Below, piece by piece: positions 35,201 through 48,600 of a stretch of 64,000 bases of DNA (position 1 is its first letter; each line of letters opens with the position of its first letter). Under the pieces are notes generated by a model that was not told the DNA's origin, ran no database searches, and worked only from the letters and a program-made list of their open reading frames with translations. The translations under genes and the position numbers were made by a program. Origin of the DNA: Octopus bimaculoides (Eukaryota); assembly GCF_001194135.2 (NCBI RefSeq), contig NC_068989.1:85849790-85913789 (forward strand). The letters run 5' to 3'.

Positions 35201-38200
35201 NNNNNNNNNNNNNNNNNNNNNNNNNNNNNNNNNNNNNNNNNNNNNNNNNNNNNNNNNNNNNNNNNNNNNNNNNNNNNNNNNNNNNNNNNNNNNNNNNNNN
35301 NNNNNNNNNNNNNNNNNNNNNNNNNNNNNNNNNNNNNNNNNNNNNNNNNNNNNNNNNNNNNNNNNNNNNNNNNNNNNNTTGACTCTTTCCATATATATTT
35401 TTCTTCTCTTTGTATTTTTGACTCTTTCCATATATATTTTTCTTCTCTTTGTATTTTTGACTCTTTCCATATATATTTTTCTTCTCTTTGTATTTTTGAC
35501 TCTTTCCATATATATTTTTCTTCTTTTCTGTTACTTTGTTACTCTCTGTTTCCCCATCATTGTGTTTTCAATTGTCTGTCTTTGAAATGTATTTTAATTG
35601 ATTCTCAATTTTTTGTTATTGTCAGCTCTTGAATCTTTCAAATGCTGAAGATTCTGCTCTGATGAAGATGGCCTGTTACAAGAATATTTCCAACTTAGTT
35701 CCACTCCGCAAGAGTACTTTACGTAAGTAACATATCTTCTGGAATGCTAATCATATGCAAATCACTTCTCACGTTAAATGATAAATGATGATGTGATTCA
35801 GCTAATGATATAGTTGTTGTTTTTAGCCCATGTCAGTCAGAGACATTCCAATAGTGACCATCCTGTATATTTTCCAAACACAATGTAACTGAAACTACAT
35901 TATACTCCCATTTTTTTATGACAACAGTGTATGATTTGAGGGTGCCATTTTGCTGTTGTATCTAGCAGGTCAAGTAACCATGTAGAGGCTTCCTTGTTTT
36001 CTCAAGATGCAGCTGCTTTGGTAGTTAGTAGCAGCTGAATACTAAATATGTTCTGTTCCTTTTAATATCTCTGTATCTGTGTGTTTTATAGGAGCCTTAG
36101 CTGCGTGCCATTATATCCAACCGAGTCGAGAAAAAATCTTCCACTTGCTTTACAAAGCATTAGACAGCAGCAATACAGAACTGCAACAGGCAGCTCATGA
36201 GTGTATGAGAAAGGTATGTATATAGGTGTGTGTGAGTGTATGTAAATGTATACGGACGTGTATGTATGTATATAAGCATGCACATAATGTATCAAGCTAC
36301 ATATGTATTAAGCTATGTATCCACTTTTGCATATACAATCATTGTACATTATCATCATTATTGTATGCGTATGCATATATATATTGGGTCATCCCATAAA
36401 TAATGCAGTTTTTTCAATTGCATGAACTAAAAGTCAGAGGGGGACAGGATAGACTACCTGCATCAACTTGCTATAAAAGCAGGTAGTAATTTTACTTTGT
36501 ACTTATTCTTAGCGCAAGTTTTGATGAGTGCAGTTCGATTTTAAGTTATTTTTTCAAAGCTATAATGGAAGTGACAAAGGAGCATATTCGGCATATTTTG
36601 CTTTATGAGTTCAATAAAGGCAACAACGCAATGGAAAGTGCAAGGAATATTAATGCAGTGTATGGAGATTAGACAATAAGTGTAAGCCAGTGTCAATGGT
36701 GGTTCCAGAAATTTTGAACCGGAAACTACAGCCTCGAAGGCGAGCCTCATCCTGGAAGATATGTAGAGCTCGACGAGGACATCCTGCAAACTTTGGTGGG
36801 AACATAATGCTGTAAATTGTTCCCCCGATGATCTATTGTGGTTCAGCATCCTGCTGCACTTCGAGCATTCAATGCATAGGTTGCAGAGAACCACACCAAT
36901 GACACATATGTAGGGAGCAAATGATATAAACTTGTATTTATTTTAATTACTCCTACATTTATATGGCTGTGAGGTTAGAAGTTTGCTTCCCAGCCACATG
37001 GTTCCATGTTCAGTCCCACTGCATGGCACTTTGGGAAAGTATCTTCCACTATAGCTTTGGGCCAACCAATGACTGAAACCAGTACTGAAATGTTTTTTAT
37101 AAAATTATTTTAGCACTTTCTACCTTGACTTTTTTTCTGTATATATGTCTTTGTGTCTGCATTTGTCCTCCCTGCTACTGCTTGATGTTAAATGATAAGG
37201 ATATATATATATATGAGATATATATAATATATATATACATATACATACGCATATTACTGCTCATTGTTATGTATCTTTATGTGTTGTATGTGTGATTTAT
37301 GCCTATGAATGCCGTGTGTGTATTCTGCCTCTGCATGTTTGTGTCTTTGTTTTCTGTATTGTGTGTGTTGTACATGTGACTTGAACCTGTTGTAATCTAA
37401 TTTCTGTTTCTCACCACCAGTTTATCTCTGGCTTCAACATTGATATGGAAATGGTTCACGGCGACATGCGACCCCTTCTCGGCTTGCTCGGTGACTACCG
37501 CAACCTCAACTTAAATGTGATACAGCGTCTCACTAGCCTCACCCAACTCTTCCCACACACTTTTAAAGAGAAACTTCTTGAACAATTATTGGTAAGTCAA
37601 CCCACTGCCTCAGTGTATCTTCAATCAATCACGTCACGGCACAAAGGCTAGCACTAGTTCGCTCTGTCTTTCATTGCGTCATAGAATATAACAGAACAGT
37701 ACTTGAACATGTTTAACTATATCTACTATTACATCATAGAGCAGAAGTTGACACTGGTTCTTGATAACTTCCAGTTATATCACTGAACAAAATCTGACAC
37801 TAACCCACTTCATGCATGTGTTTTGCTTTTTTGATAATTCCAACATTTCTTTTTAGACACATCTGAAGAAATTCATGGAAGTGGCGATCTCAAACCAAAA
37901 AAGTGGTCAACAACGAAATAACGGTCAAGTCTTGTCTCAGGTAAGATTTAAAAGTCAATTTTTGTTGCCCAGTCCTGTGTGCAATGTCCTCCCTTTTTTT
38001 CAATAGATAATAGTGTGTGATTTCATTGCTTTTTCTAGCAGACCAAGCAGTCACATATGAAGCACCCTTATTGCCTAGTTGTTGTAGTAGTTGTTGCATA
38101 AGTCTGCTTGATCAGGTCCACCTTGATTGACCATACTTATGGTTAAAGACATTCCAGTTATGACCATGTCATCTTTTGTCATAAATCTGTCATTCTCATT

Positions 38201-41200
38201 GCAGGAATTGAAAATTTGTGCTGCCATTATCAACATCTTTCACTTAGTGCCAACTGCAACCCAGAAGATTATTGAACCCCTAACGAGACTAATTTTCCAA
38301 ACAGAAAAGGCCCTATTTATGGAGGTAAGTACACTATTACTTTCTCTCTCTTTTTTTTTTTTTTTGTGGAGGCGCAATGGCCCAGTGGTTAGGGCAGCGG
38401 ACTCGTGGTCATAGGATCGCGGTTTCAATCCCCAGACCGGGCGTTGTGAGTGTTTATTGAGGGAAAACACCTAAAGCTCCACGAGGCTCCAACAGGGGAT
38501 GGTGGTGAACCCTGCTGTACTCTTCCACCACAGCTTTCACTCTTACTTCCTGTTGTGCCTGTAATTCAAAGGGTCAGCCTTGTCACACTGTGTCACGCTG
38601 AATATCTCCGAGAACTACGTTAAGGGTACACGTGTCTGTGGAGTGCTCAGCCACTTGCACGTTAATCTCACGAGCAGGCTGTTCCGTTGATCGGATCAAC
38701 TGGAACCCTCAACGTCGTAAGCGACGGAGTGCCAAACAACTTTCTCTTTTGAATATCAGCTGTGGTTTTAGCTCCACCTTTTTTTTTACCTTACATTTTT
38801 GTATTCTTTTTTGGCTGAAGAAATAGAAGTGAAGTCGCAACAATAATAGAATGGTGGGTTAAATGTCTTGTAGTGGTTGAGGAAAGTCTTCTTAATGAGC
38901 TTAAGCATAGCTAGTAACCACAATGTTTTGGATTTGATCTTGCTAGGTGATTCCTTAGGCAGATGCCATCTATGATAGCCTCAGATGATTGCTAATATCT
39001 TCTAAGTCAAATTTGGTAAATGGATTCAGGGTTTCGTCCTCCATCTCCCCATTGCATCTGTCTTGGAGTCTCACTTCCAACTAAGCTATGCAAAGCATAA
39101 TGTATGTTGCCGAATGTCCTGTCCTGCTGTCTATTATATCTATATATTGTGGAGGAATTATCAAATAAAACTTCATCTATCTCTTTTGCACAGGCTGGCA
39201 GTCCATTTAGAGAACCCCTCTTGAAGTTCCTACTTCGTTTCCCAGGACCAACTGTAGAATTGTTCCTCAATGACAACACAATTATTGACCAACAATGGAC
39301 GAGATATTTAGAGGTAAGTTTCTCTTCCATTTCCTTTCCTGTTCCACATATTTCCATTTTTACAGCCATCATTTTTCCTTCACTTATACCAAACTGTTGT
39401 TTGGTTAGAGGTGAGGGTCACACCTTTTCATGTTAGTTGGTCTTGTTTATTTGTTTTTGAATTATTTATCTATTACAGTTTATTGTGAAACATAAAGATG
39501 CTCAGGTGATCCGAGATGTAATCATGGCCAACCCAATGAGACTAGTCACCATGGCTCTCAAGAACATTCAGGTATCTTATTCCATTATGAAGTCCTTTAT
39601 TTGAACCCTCCTAGCCCCGCACACAACCTACTAATGTTGATGTCAAAATCTAAAGAACGGTGGATTAGGGACTATTGAAATTATTATATTACACTGTAGC
39701 TATTTGTATCGAACTTTAATACATTTGTTGAGCCTGATGGGTTGTTTTGCTAAATTCAGCCTCAGATGACAATTTGGTCATTCTTGTTAACCTTTTCAAA
39801 ACCAAATTTCTGTATGTTTCAATTAATTTTGAGAGATTTGATAAAATTAAAAATTCCTTTCTTTATTGGTATTTTAAGCAAAACTGAACAAAAAAAAAAA
39901 AATTTAGATGGAGTTGTACTTGATCTGAAACTGAAGCAACTACATGGTGGTAGAGTCATTTAATAACATACTTAGATATGTCATGAGCCCCAAGATTGAT
40001 AAGGCTGGTGATTAACCCAGTTTCCATAGCATATGACTGGGATTACAATACTGAACAGGACATCAGGCCATCACAGGATTAATTTCCTACCTATTGCTGG
40101 AATTCATTTACAGCTGGATGGACCTAAGCAATGTGAAGTGTTTTACTCAAGAGTACAATTTGCTGCCTCATCCAGGAATTGAAACCATAATCTTACCATT
40201 GTGAGTGCAACACCCTAACCACTATGTCATGCACTTCCAGTTAAACAATGCACAGAGCTGCTAAATTCACTTTAAATTTATTACATAATGAGTCAAAATT
40301 TTCATTGCACAACTGTAACCTGGTCACTGACATGGATGAATGTGGGCTTCGTTAAAGGTGCCATATGGCCAGGTGATGGTGTTAAACTGTGCAATGAATT
40401 AAACCTACCACCTAAGTAGACCTGGACAGGATTTGAATTTAGAGTGCAAAGAGACAACGAATACCATAAGACATCCAATCCAGTGTTCTTACAGTTCCAT
40501 CAGTCCACCAGCCTGGGTATATCCACTCAAAATTCAATTATCATTAACTGTGGAAAGCAATTATATTCCATGGCTTTGAAAAAAAACCTCTTCTTATGCT
40601 ACAAGAAATGGAGACACCCCTTGTGACACTTTTTATGAAAGACAGTTTTTCAGATTTTCTAAATATTTTCACATCATCGAACATCTTTTTATAGAGCAAG
40701 AATTCAAGTATTTTCAGTGGTGGATATGGAAACTATATTTACAGGAGATGCCAAAAAAGTTTTTTTAGATGCAGAAATTATCATTTCTATTTTTTGAGGG
40801 ATAATTACCATCATTAAGGGGAATGTCCATGAAATTTAATTATGCAGCCAAACGGTTAAATATGAACAATTTAAAACATTTTGTATCATGAAACTAAAAG
40901 TAGATTCATGTGATTTGGTATTGAAATGTTTACCAAGAAATGCCAGTCTCAAAACACTGTAACACTATATATGGTTTCTTGAATATAGTAATCCCTCAAC
41001 TATCATCCCAAGGCCCCTCCCCCCACGATAAGTGAAAATCCACGAAGTAGAAACAATGTTGTACTGTATATATTTTTATAATTATTTTTATAATTTGCAT
41101 ATATATATATTATTATAAATGCAAAACAACACCACGAAGGAATCGTTGTAAGCTTAAATAATAAACCGTGATGGGTGAACAACAATATGGCGAGGGATTA

Positions 41201-44200
41201 TTGTATTGTAAAAGAAATGATTTTTCTTGTTGTTGCTGTTTTTGCAGATTTTTTCTGAGTGCATTCTATATATTTGATATAAGAACAAGTTGGTCCATAG
41301 ATTTAATAGATACAAATTGATCTGTATATTTGGATTACACCTGCTTTTGCAACCATTAGTGAAAATAATTTTTCACATTATCCATGTGTTTATAGCCAAA
41401 TGCAGAATGCATTGGTCCTTAAACTTAAAAATATCAAATCCCCACCACTACCAAAATATTAGTGAAATGTTTTGTCTCTCCTGCCTTACAGTTGTTTGCA
41501 TTGCTATGATTCATGTTCTGTTTTGTTTTTTTTACAGAATGCACAAGATATGCAACATGCACAAGACATCAAAGCAGAAATGCAATTCCAGGCAATAAGG
41601 TTGATTAGTCTTTTAGTAGAAATGAATGAAACATGGTTGTCAGACCAAGTCTTAGCTGTAAGTATTTATTTCTCATTTCTGTTCTAGGTTTACATTTGTT
41701 TTTAGCAAAAGCCACTGTTCTTGCTGTTGCTGCTCCTCGTTTCTTCTAAAAACTGTTGTTTGTCATCTTGTTTCAGCTATGGCTGTTGTCCTCATCTCAT
41801 TTCAGCACCAACTATCACCATTATTTCATCTCATAATCCTCATCATTATATTTTAGCAATAACTGTTGCCTTTCTCCTCCTCCTCATCTATCATTTCTTC
41901 CTCACTGTCCTTTCTTTTCACCTCTTTCTCCTTCTCAAAAGCCTTTACTGTCTCTTATTTCACCAGTAATTATTGTCTTTCATTTTCAAAATGCTTTAAT
42001 CACCTTAGAAACAACATTAAGTATTCATCAATCAGTTGACATTTCCAATCAATTCTGTCTATGGACTCTACACTTTAGCATCTCTACAACCTTTCACTGA
42101 GTAACTGTTTAAATGTGGTATGATATGGCTATGGAATGGTGTGGAGATAGAAACTAGATTTGGATACCTTATCAATTTGTTAATTAGTGTCCTGCAATCT
42201 TGTTAAGTCGAAATTTTATAAGGTTGACTTAGCCCTTTATTGCCTCCAGAGCTCATTTTGGAGCTGCAGGTTTGGCAGTCTGGTTAAGGATTTCACTTCA
42301 CAAGCATGTGGTTTTCAGTCCCACTGCATGGTACCTTGGGCAAGTATTTTCTGATTTGGTACTGGTTCATCCAATCCCATTTTTTTTCTTTGTATGAAAC
42401 TGGTGTGAGAAAGGGACTTAGAATTACAAAATTATAAAAACATCACATCCTCAGATCAAATACTTAGACTGAATGTTTGCAACAGACTGAACTTCACTAG
42501 AGGTATCTAGGGGCCAGCTCATGGTGATGTTAAATCAGACAAAGAGTACGACCCCTTAGTTATCTGGACCCTACAATCACATAACTACACTGACATTTTC
42601 TGTTAAGTGTACATGTGTATCCAAAATGTTTAATCCACTCCTATTATTCTTTCTTTAAAAGGTGGCCAAGTTAAGAATGATTTGGACATCAGATAGTTTT
42701 CAGGAAAAACATAAAAAAATTGTAAGTATTTCAAAACTTCCATTTCTCTTTTATTTCTGAGATTGGTTTTTAGTATTCCACTGAGTATTCCTTAAATACA
42801 TGGATAACATTCCCTTATCAGGTTTTCTGATTGTTCTAATTCTTGTTATTCTCTGTCGATTGAGAAAGACACCACCCACCACTCACTCACCTGCAGCCTA
42901 TAGCCTGTATTCCACAAACTTGACAATTATCAAAATGTACAAAACTTCAATAATCATTTTCTCAGTAAAATGAAAAATGAATAAAATAACTCGATTTTAG
43001 TGATTTAGCTGTTGTTTCATGCAGGTTGAGTGACCATGGAGAGGATCTTCTGCTGGTTCATGGCAATACTGATGGCTGTTGCAGTGCTGAGTCAACTCTT
43101 TAAAATGGTTGGCATTAAGGGCATCCAACCATAGAAACTGTGCCAAAACAGTTAATGGATCTTGATACTGTCCACTGGCTTGTCAGATCCTATTGAACCA
43201 TCCGATTTATGCCAACTTGGAAGCTGGACGTTAAATGATAAATTTGGAAACAGGCTCTTGTAGACTCATTTACTCCTATGTATAACGCTACCTGAAGAAT
43301 TTTTCATTGAAACTCCCTGAGTTAAGAGTATTCATCAGCATACATACCAAAATTTATCACTTTTTTATAAAATAAACATTTTATTTCATAAGTAATTCAC
43401 ATAAGAATTTTGTTTTGTAAAATATTTTATATAATTATTTTATTTAACAGATATATTATAACATTAGCGGTTTTGTGTAATAAATACTTTATAACCAGTT
43501 TTTAAAAAGTGCTTTTTAAATGTTGTTGGTTTCAATCTGTATAATAGTTGTGTTTGTTTGCAGGACAATTTGGACTACATTCACTGGCAAGAACCAGCTC
43601 TCTTAGTTCGATGTCTTTTAACATACTTCAAGTAAGTGATCTGCTTCAGTCATGTTATAACATTTTTTTTCTCCAGTGTTGGTACAGGTTGGATTAGTCT
43701 GCAGTACAATGTCTCCTTGTGAATTTCTATGCTGTCAGAATCAACATCCATGTGTCAGTCACATATTGTCTGTCAGAATCAACGTCCATGTGTTGTCTAT
43801 CAGAATCACCGTCCATGTATCAGTTACATGTTGTGTTCACAGCTTTGGCATATTACATCCACGAGTTAGTGATAATTTTAGTGACTGATGGGTGGAAAGA
43901 AGCCTGCTCCTAGATATTTACAGCAGTTCAGACTCTGCTAAAGACCTCCAAGGACCAGATAGTGGTGATAAACCAGTGGACAGATTAATTCTATCACCCA
44001 AAAACAGGAGCAGTTTTTTGAGCAGGTTTCCATACCATTTTGCTGGGAGTGAATTTCACTCCTAAGTCTTTGGCTATTCTCATTGTCTCTATATATTTCT
44101 GCATGTGTGTGTGTGAGTGATAGTCTCCAGTGCCATAAACTGAATGTCCAGTCAGCCATACCAAATTGTCAGCATCCAAATACCTGTGTCCAATTGTTTC

Positions 44201-45621
44201 ATTCTGTCAATGCTTATATTTCAGACATCACACCAAGGAAATTGACCTCCTCTTCCAGATATTAAGATGCTTCATCAACCGGTACATTCCACAGTTTCAG
44301 TTTGTAAAGGACTTTCTAGATGATGTTGTTGCTGCGGTTAGTAAATTTTTTAATGAAACTTCTCCTCCTCACATCATTAGATAAGGGTAGGGCCTTGTGT
44401 CTCTTCAAAACAGATCCAATGTGAAAGCACACCAAGAGGGATATATGAATTAGTTGTGTGATAAAACATGGCGGAGGGTTCTTTATTTCAGTCGTTAAAC
44501 AAGCTGTGGCGCCATCTTGAAAGGTTTTACTCAAACAGGTCAGCCCCAGTAATTTTAAGTATTTTTAAGCCTGATCTCTTTTGCCTGACACACTGGTTGT
44601 CATGCAGATGGAGTAGGAGAAGAAATACAGGCACAAAGAGATACACACATATATATAGATGTTGGATAGAGTGTCAGGCTCATAATCACGAGGTCGTGAG
44701 TTCGATTCCTGGACCGGGCTGTGTGTTGTGTTCTTGAGCGAGACGCTTTATTTCCTGTTGCTTCAGTTCACTCAGCTGTAGAAATGAGTTGCGACGTCAC
44801 TGGTGCCAAGCTGTATCGGCCTTTGCCTTTCCCTTAGATAACATTCATGGCATGGAGAGGCAGGGTCTGGTATGCATGGGCGACTGCTGGTCTTCCATAT
44901 ACAAACTTGCCTGGAGTTGTGCCTCGGAGGGGAACTTTCTAGGTGCTATCCCACGATCATACATGATCGATGAGTGTGTATGCATGCGCATGCGCATATG
45001 TGTGTGTATATATGTATATATATTGAAAAGTTAATCAAGAAGCAGATAAAGCTATACTAACCTGGAAATATTGGGTTAAAAATCCCTTTTGGACAGACCA
45101 AGCTGAAGGTTGCCTGTCCCAAGGACAGCTTTCAAGATTCACCATTCCAAAAATGATTTAATGTCCTTGAAGTTTCTAAATTTTTATGACGTTACCAATG
45201 TACTTGAGGCTTCCACACAGTTTCTGTTTGCTAGATTCACTCACAAAGCAATGGTTGACCCAGGATTAGAGTAAAATGTAGCTGCTTGAGGTGCCATGCA
45301 GTGGGAGTGAACCTGAAAGCACATAGCCATGTCTTTGCCTATTTAGATTCTTGGCTTTTTATTTATAAAGAAATTTGTTTATTTTTTTTTATTTTAAAAA
45401 ATTGTTTCTGTCTTATAATATTCACAGACCTATCCTGTAGAATGGAAGCGAGATGCTTTTTTTAAGTTTGTCGATGTCTTCCATTTGAAGAACTGCCCCC
45501 AAGAATTGAAAGCCAAGGTTTGTTCTCATCCTGTTTTTTTCTTTTTAAGTATATATGTGTATCCAAATATCGGACAATGTGTGTGTCAGTTTATCCATCT
45601 CTAAGAACCTCATTGCCACCG

Positions 45622-45657
<36 letters not shown>

Positions 45658-48600
45658 TATTTTCCTATCTTTGCTGTCTTTAGCCATTCCATTACACCAC
45701 CACCTCTATGACAACACCACCAGCTACTTAAATGTACCAAACTGTTTCACGTATGTCTTGTTCTCATCACTCCACCCAGTAGCATTTAAACTGGCTGTAT
45801 CTTGCTAAATTTTCTACCTGTTTTCTATTCAGACAGGCCAGATCTGGCCTCTCACACATACCTTTCAATGTCATTCTGAGGATAAACAATCAGATCATTG
45901 AAATCTTGAAGCTATTAGACAATGCATGATTAATTAAAAGCAATGTGAATAAATAAGCATTAGATTTGACAAGGTAATCTGAATGCTAAAGTGTTGAACA
46001 TTTAACAAGATGGTGAGTCAGAAATGATGGGTGTGGGTAAGTACTTAGGCATGTATATCTGTATGTGTCTAGGAATGTGTGTCTTTGAGTGTATGTGGGC
46101 ATGTCTCCAGATATGTATGTGTGGGTGTATATCTGAGTATGTATGTGTGAATATGTTGGTATATATCTAGGTGTATATGTGTGAGTGCATAGGGGTGTAT
46201 ATCTAGGTATATATGCATTTGTGTGTTAGTGTGTGTGTGGGGGTATGTCTAAGTATGTCTGTGTCTTGGTGCTTGTTGGTATTAATATACATGTCTGTGC
46301 GTGTATCTGTGAGCATAATTCTATGTGTGTATGTGTCTATGTGGGGATGTGTCGTTCTGTGGATATGCATGTGTCACTGAAAGCATACTTCTAGTTATGT
46401 ATACAAGGCCAAATGGTTAGGATGTTTGCTGCACAATCATGATGTTGGGTTTGATCTCACTGTGGCATCTCAGGCTACTCTCATTTACCATAAAACTTCG
46501 AGTTCCCTAAGCTTTGTGAATGAAACTGGGTGGATAGGCACTATGGGAGTCTGTTAGATGCTTGTCGCTTGATATGTTGTGCTGATTTTTCTTCAGAATT
46601 ACATTAAGGCACATGTCTGTGGAATACTCAGCCACATCATCATCATCAGCATCACCATTTGAATGTCCACTTTTGCAAGCTTGTGTGGGTCAGACAGAAT
46701 TTGGTGAAGCAGATTTTCTATGGCTGGATGCCCTTCCTGTCACCAACCCTCACCTTTTACTGAGCAAGGTTAAATTTCCTGTGGCCAGACATGTCTTCAT
46801 GGAAGATTGGAAATGAAGGATACCGCTTGTATGATGGCGATGCTCATTTACAAGTATCAATGTGAGATCCTAAAACCAAGATACCATGTAAAAAGCATTG
46901 GTGTGGGTGCTGGTGCCACATAAAATGCACCCGGTACACTCTATAAAGTGGTTGGCATTAGGAAGGGCATCCAGCCGTAGAAACCAAACTAGAACAGACT
47001 ATGGAACCTGGTGCAGCCCCTGTCCCTGTCAGATCCTATCAAGCCATCCAACTCATGCCAACATGGAAAAGGACATTAAATATTGATGATGATGTTGATG
47101 AAACAGTATCCAGGCAAGGAAACACACACATGATTGGCTTGTTTCAGTTTCTATTTATCAAATCCATTCATAATGCTTTGGTCAGCCTGGAGCTAGAGTA
47201 GAAAACGTGTGCCCCAGGTGCCACACAGTGAGGCTGAACCTGTGATCCATGTGATTGAGAAGGAAACTTATTAAACTCACAGCCACGCCTGAAGGGCATC
47301 CAGCCATTCAAAATCTGCTTCACCAAATTCCGTCTGACCCATACACGCATGCGAAAGTGGACATTCAAATGGTGATGATGATGATGTGGCTGAGTATTCC
47401 ACAGACATGTGTGGTCCTTAATGTTATTCTGAGGGTGAATGAGCACAATACATCAAGTAACAAGCATCTAACAGACTCCCATAGTGTCTATCCATCCAGT
47501 TTCATTCAGTTGATTAAATTACTGAATATCATTGGCAAAACTGACAAAGGTCCATTTACCTATTTACTGTGTGCGTGTGCGGGTGTGTTTAAATAAATGT
47601 ACACATGCCTACATACGTGTCAGTATTGAAGTACAAATGTTCACATGTCTGTGTGTCATTACTCAGTCACTGATAGTCTCCCTACATATATTAATTCCCT
47701 ACACTCTGTATAGCAATATGTGTGTCTCATCTATTTCCAGATCCTGCAGTACATTATCATTCCCTGTTTCCAACACGCCTTCGAACACGGTGAAGATGAG
47801 GCCCTGATAGGGGGACCTCCCAGCCCGGATCAAGATAACTCTGATAATGTTATCAGTGTTTTCATTAACCGTGTCATTGATCCGGAGAATCCATTCGGCA
47901 CCTCCGATGCTGTCAGAATCCTCCTGCTCCAGTTTTCCTCACTTCTTGTTGAACAAGCTTCTCCACACATCCATGATGCTGCTAATAAGTAAGTACACAC
48001 TCTTTATACCCGCTCTCTCTTTCTGTTCCTCCTTCGTATGTATATGTGTATTTGTGTGTGTGTGTGTGTCTGTGTATATGAGAAGACCTGTGCTCCACAG
48101 CAGAAGTGTTAAGGCTGGTCCCCTTGGTGAAGAGAATTCACCTGCAAGAGGCGTGTTCCAGTGCCAAGTCAAAAGCACTCTTCCCGGTGTCACATAATAT
48201 CACCTAAAACTACAGTGCCTCTTAAAAAGTGCTGGTGCAATGTAAAGAACACCCAGTACACTCTGTAAAGTTGTTGGCCTTAGGAAGGACATCCAGTCCT
48301 AGAAACCCTGCCAAATTAGACTGGAGCCTAATGTGGCTCTTCAGCTTGCCAGCTCTAGTTAAACCATCCCAACCATGCCACCAGCATGAATAACGGATGT
48401 TAAATGATGTTGATGATATATATCATTTTGTTTGTCTGGAACTATGTTGTCCTATACCTCCTTTGTTTTTTAAAATAGTAGCATGTCGTTTAAAAGCAAT
48501 TTAAATGCTAGTCCTAGAAGATTGAGTGATCGAGTAGAGGCTCTCTGATTGGCTTGTAATAATAGTTGATAGTAACATTTCTTTCTACTATAAGTACAAA

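Noticed and set aside
1817-38400. Apparent clustering of insertions 25-60 nt downstream of donors (exons 1, 2, 5, 15, 38)
   Set aside because: With about 60 short, repeat-dense introns this could be chance; not testable by eye.
38368-38445. tRNA gene (also 4031, 15616)
   Set aside because: A and B boxes are present but I could not form an acceptor stem, and the sequence continues into a shared repeat body: SINE heads.
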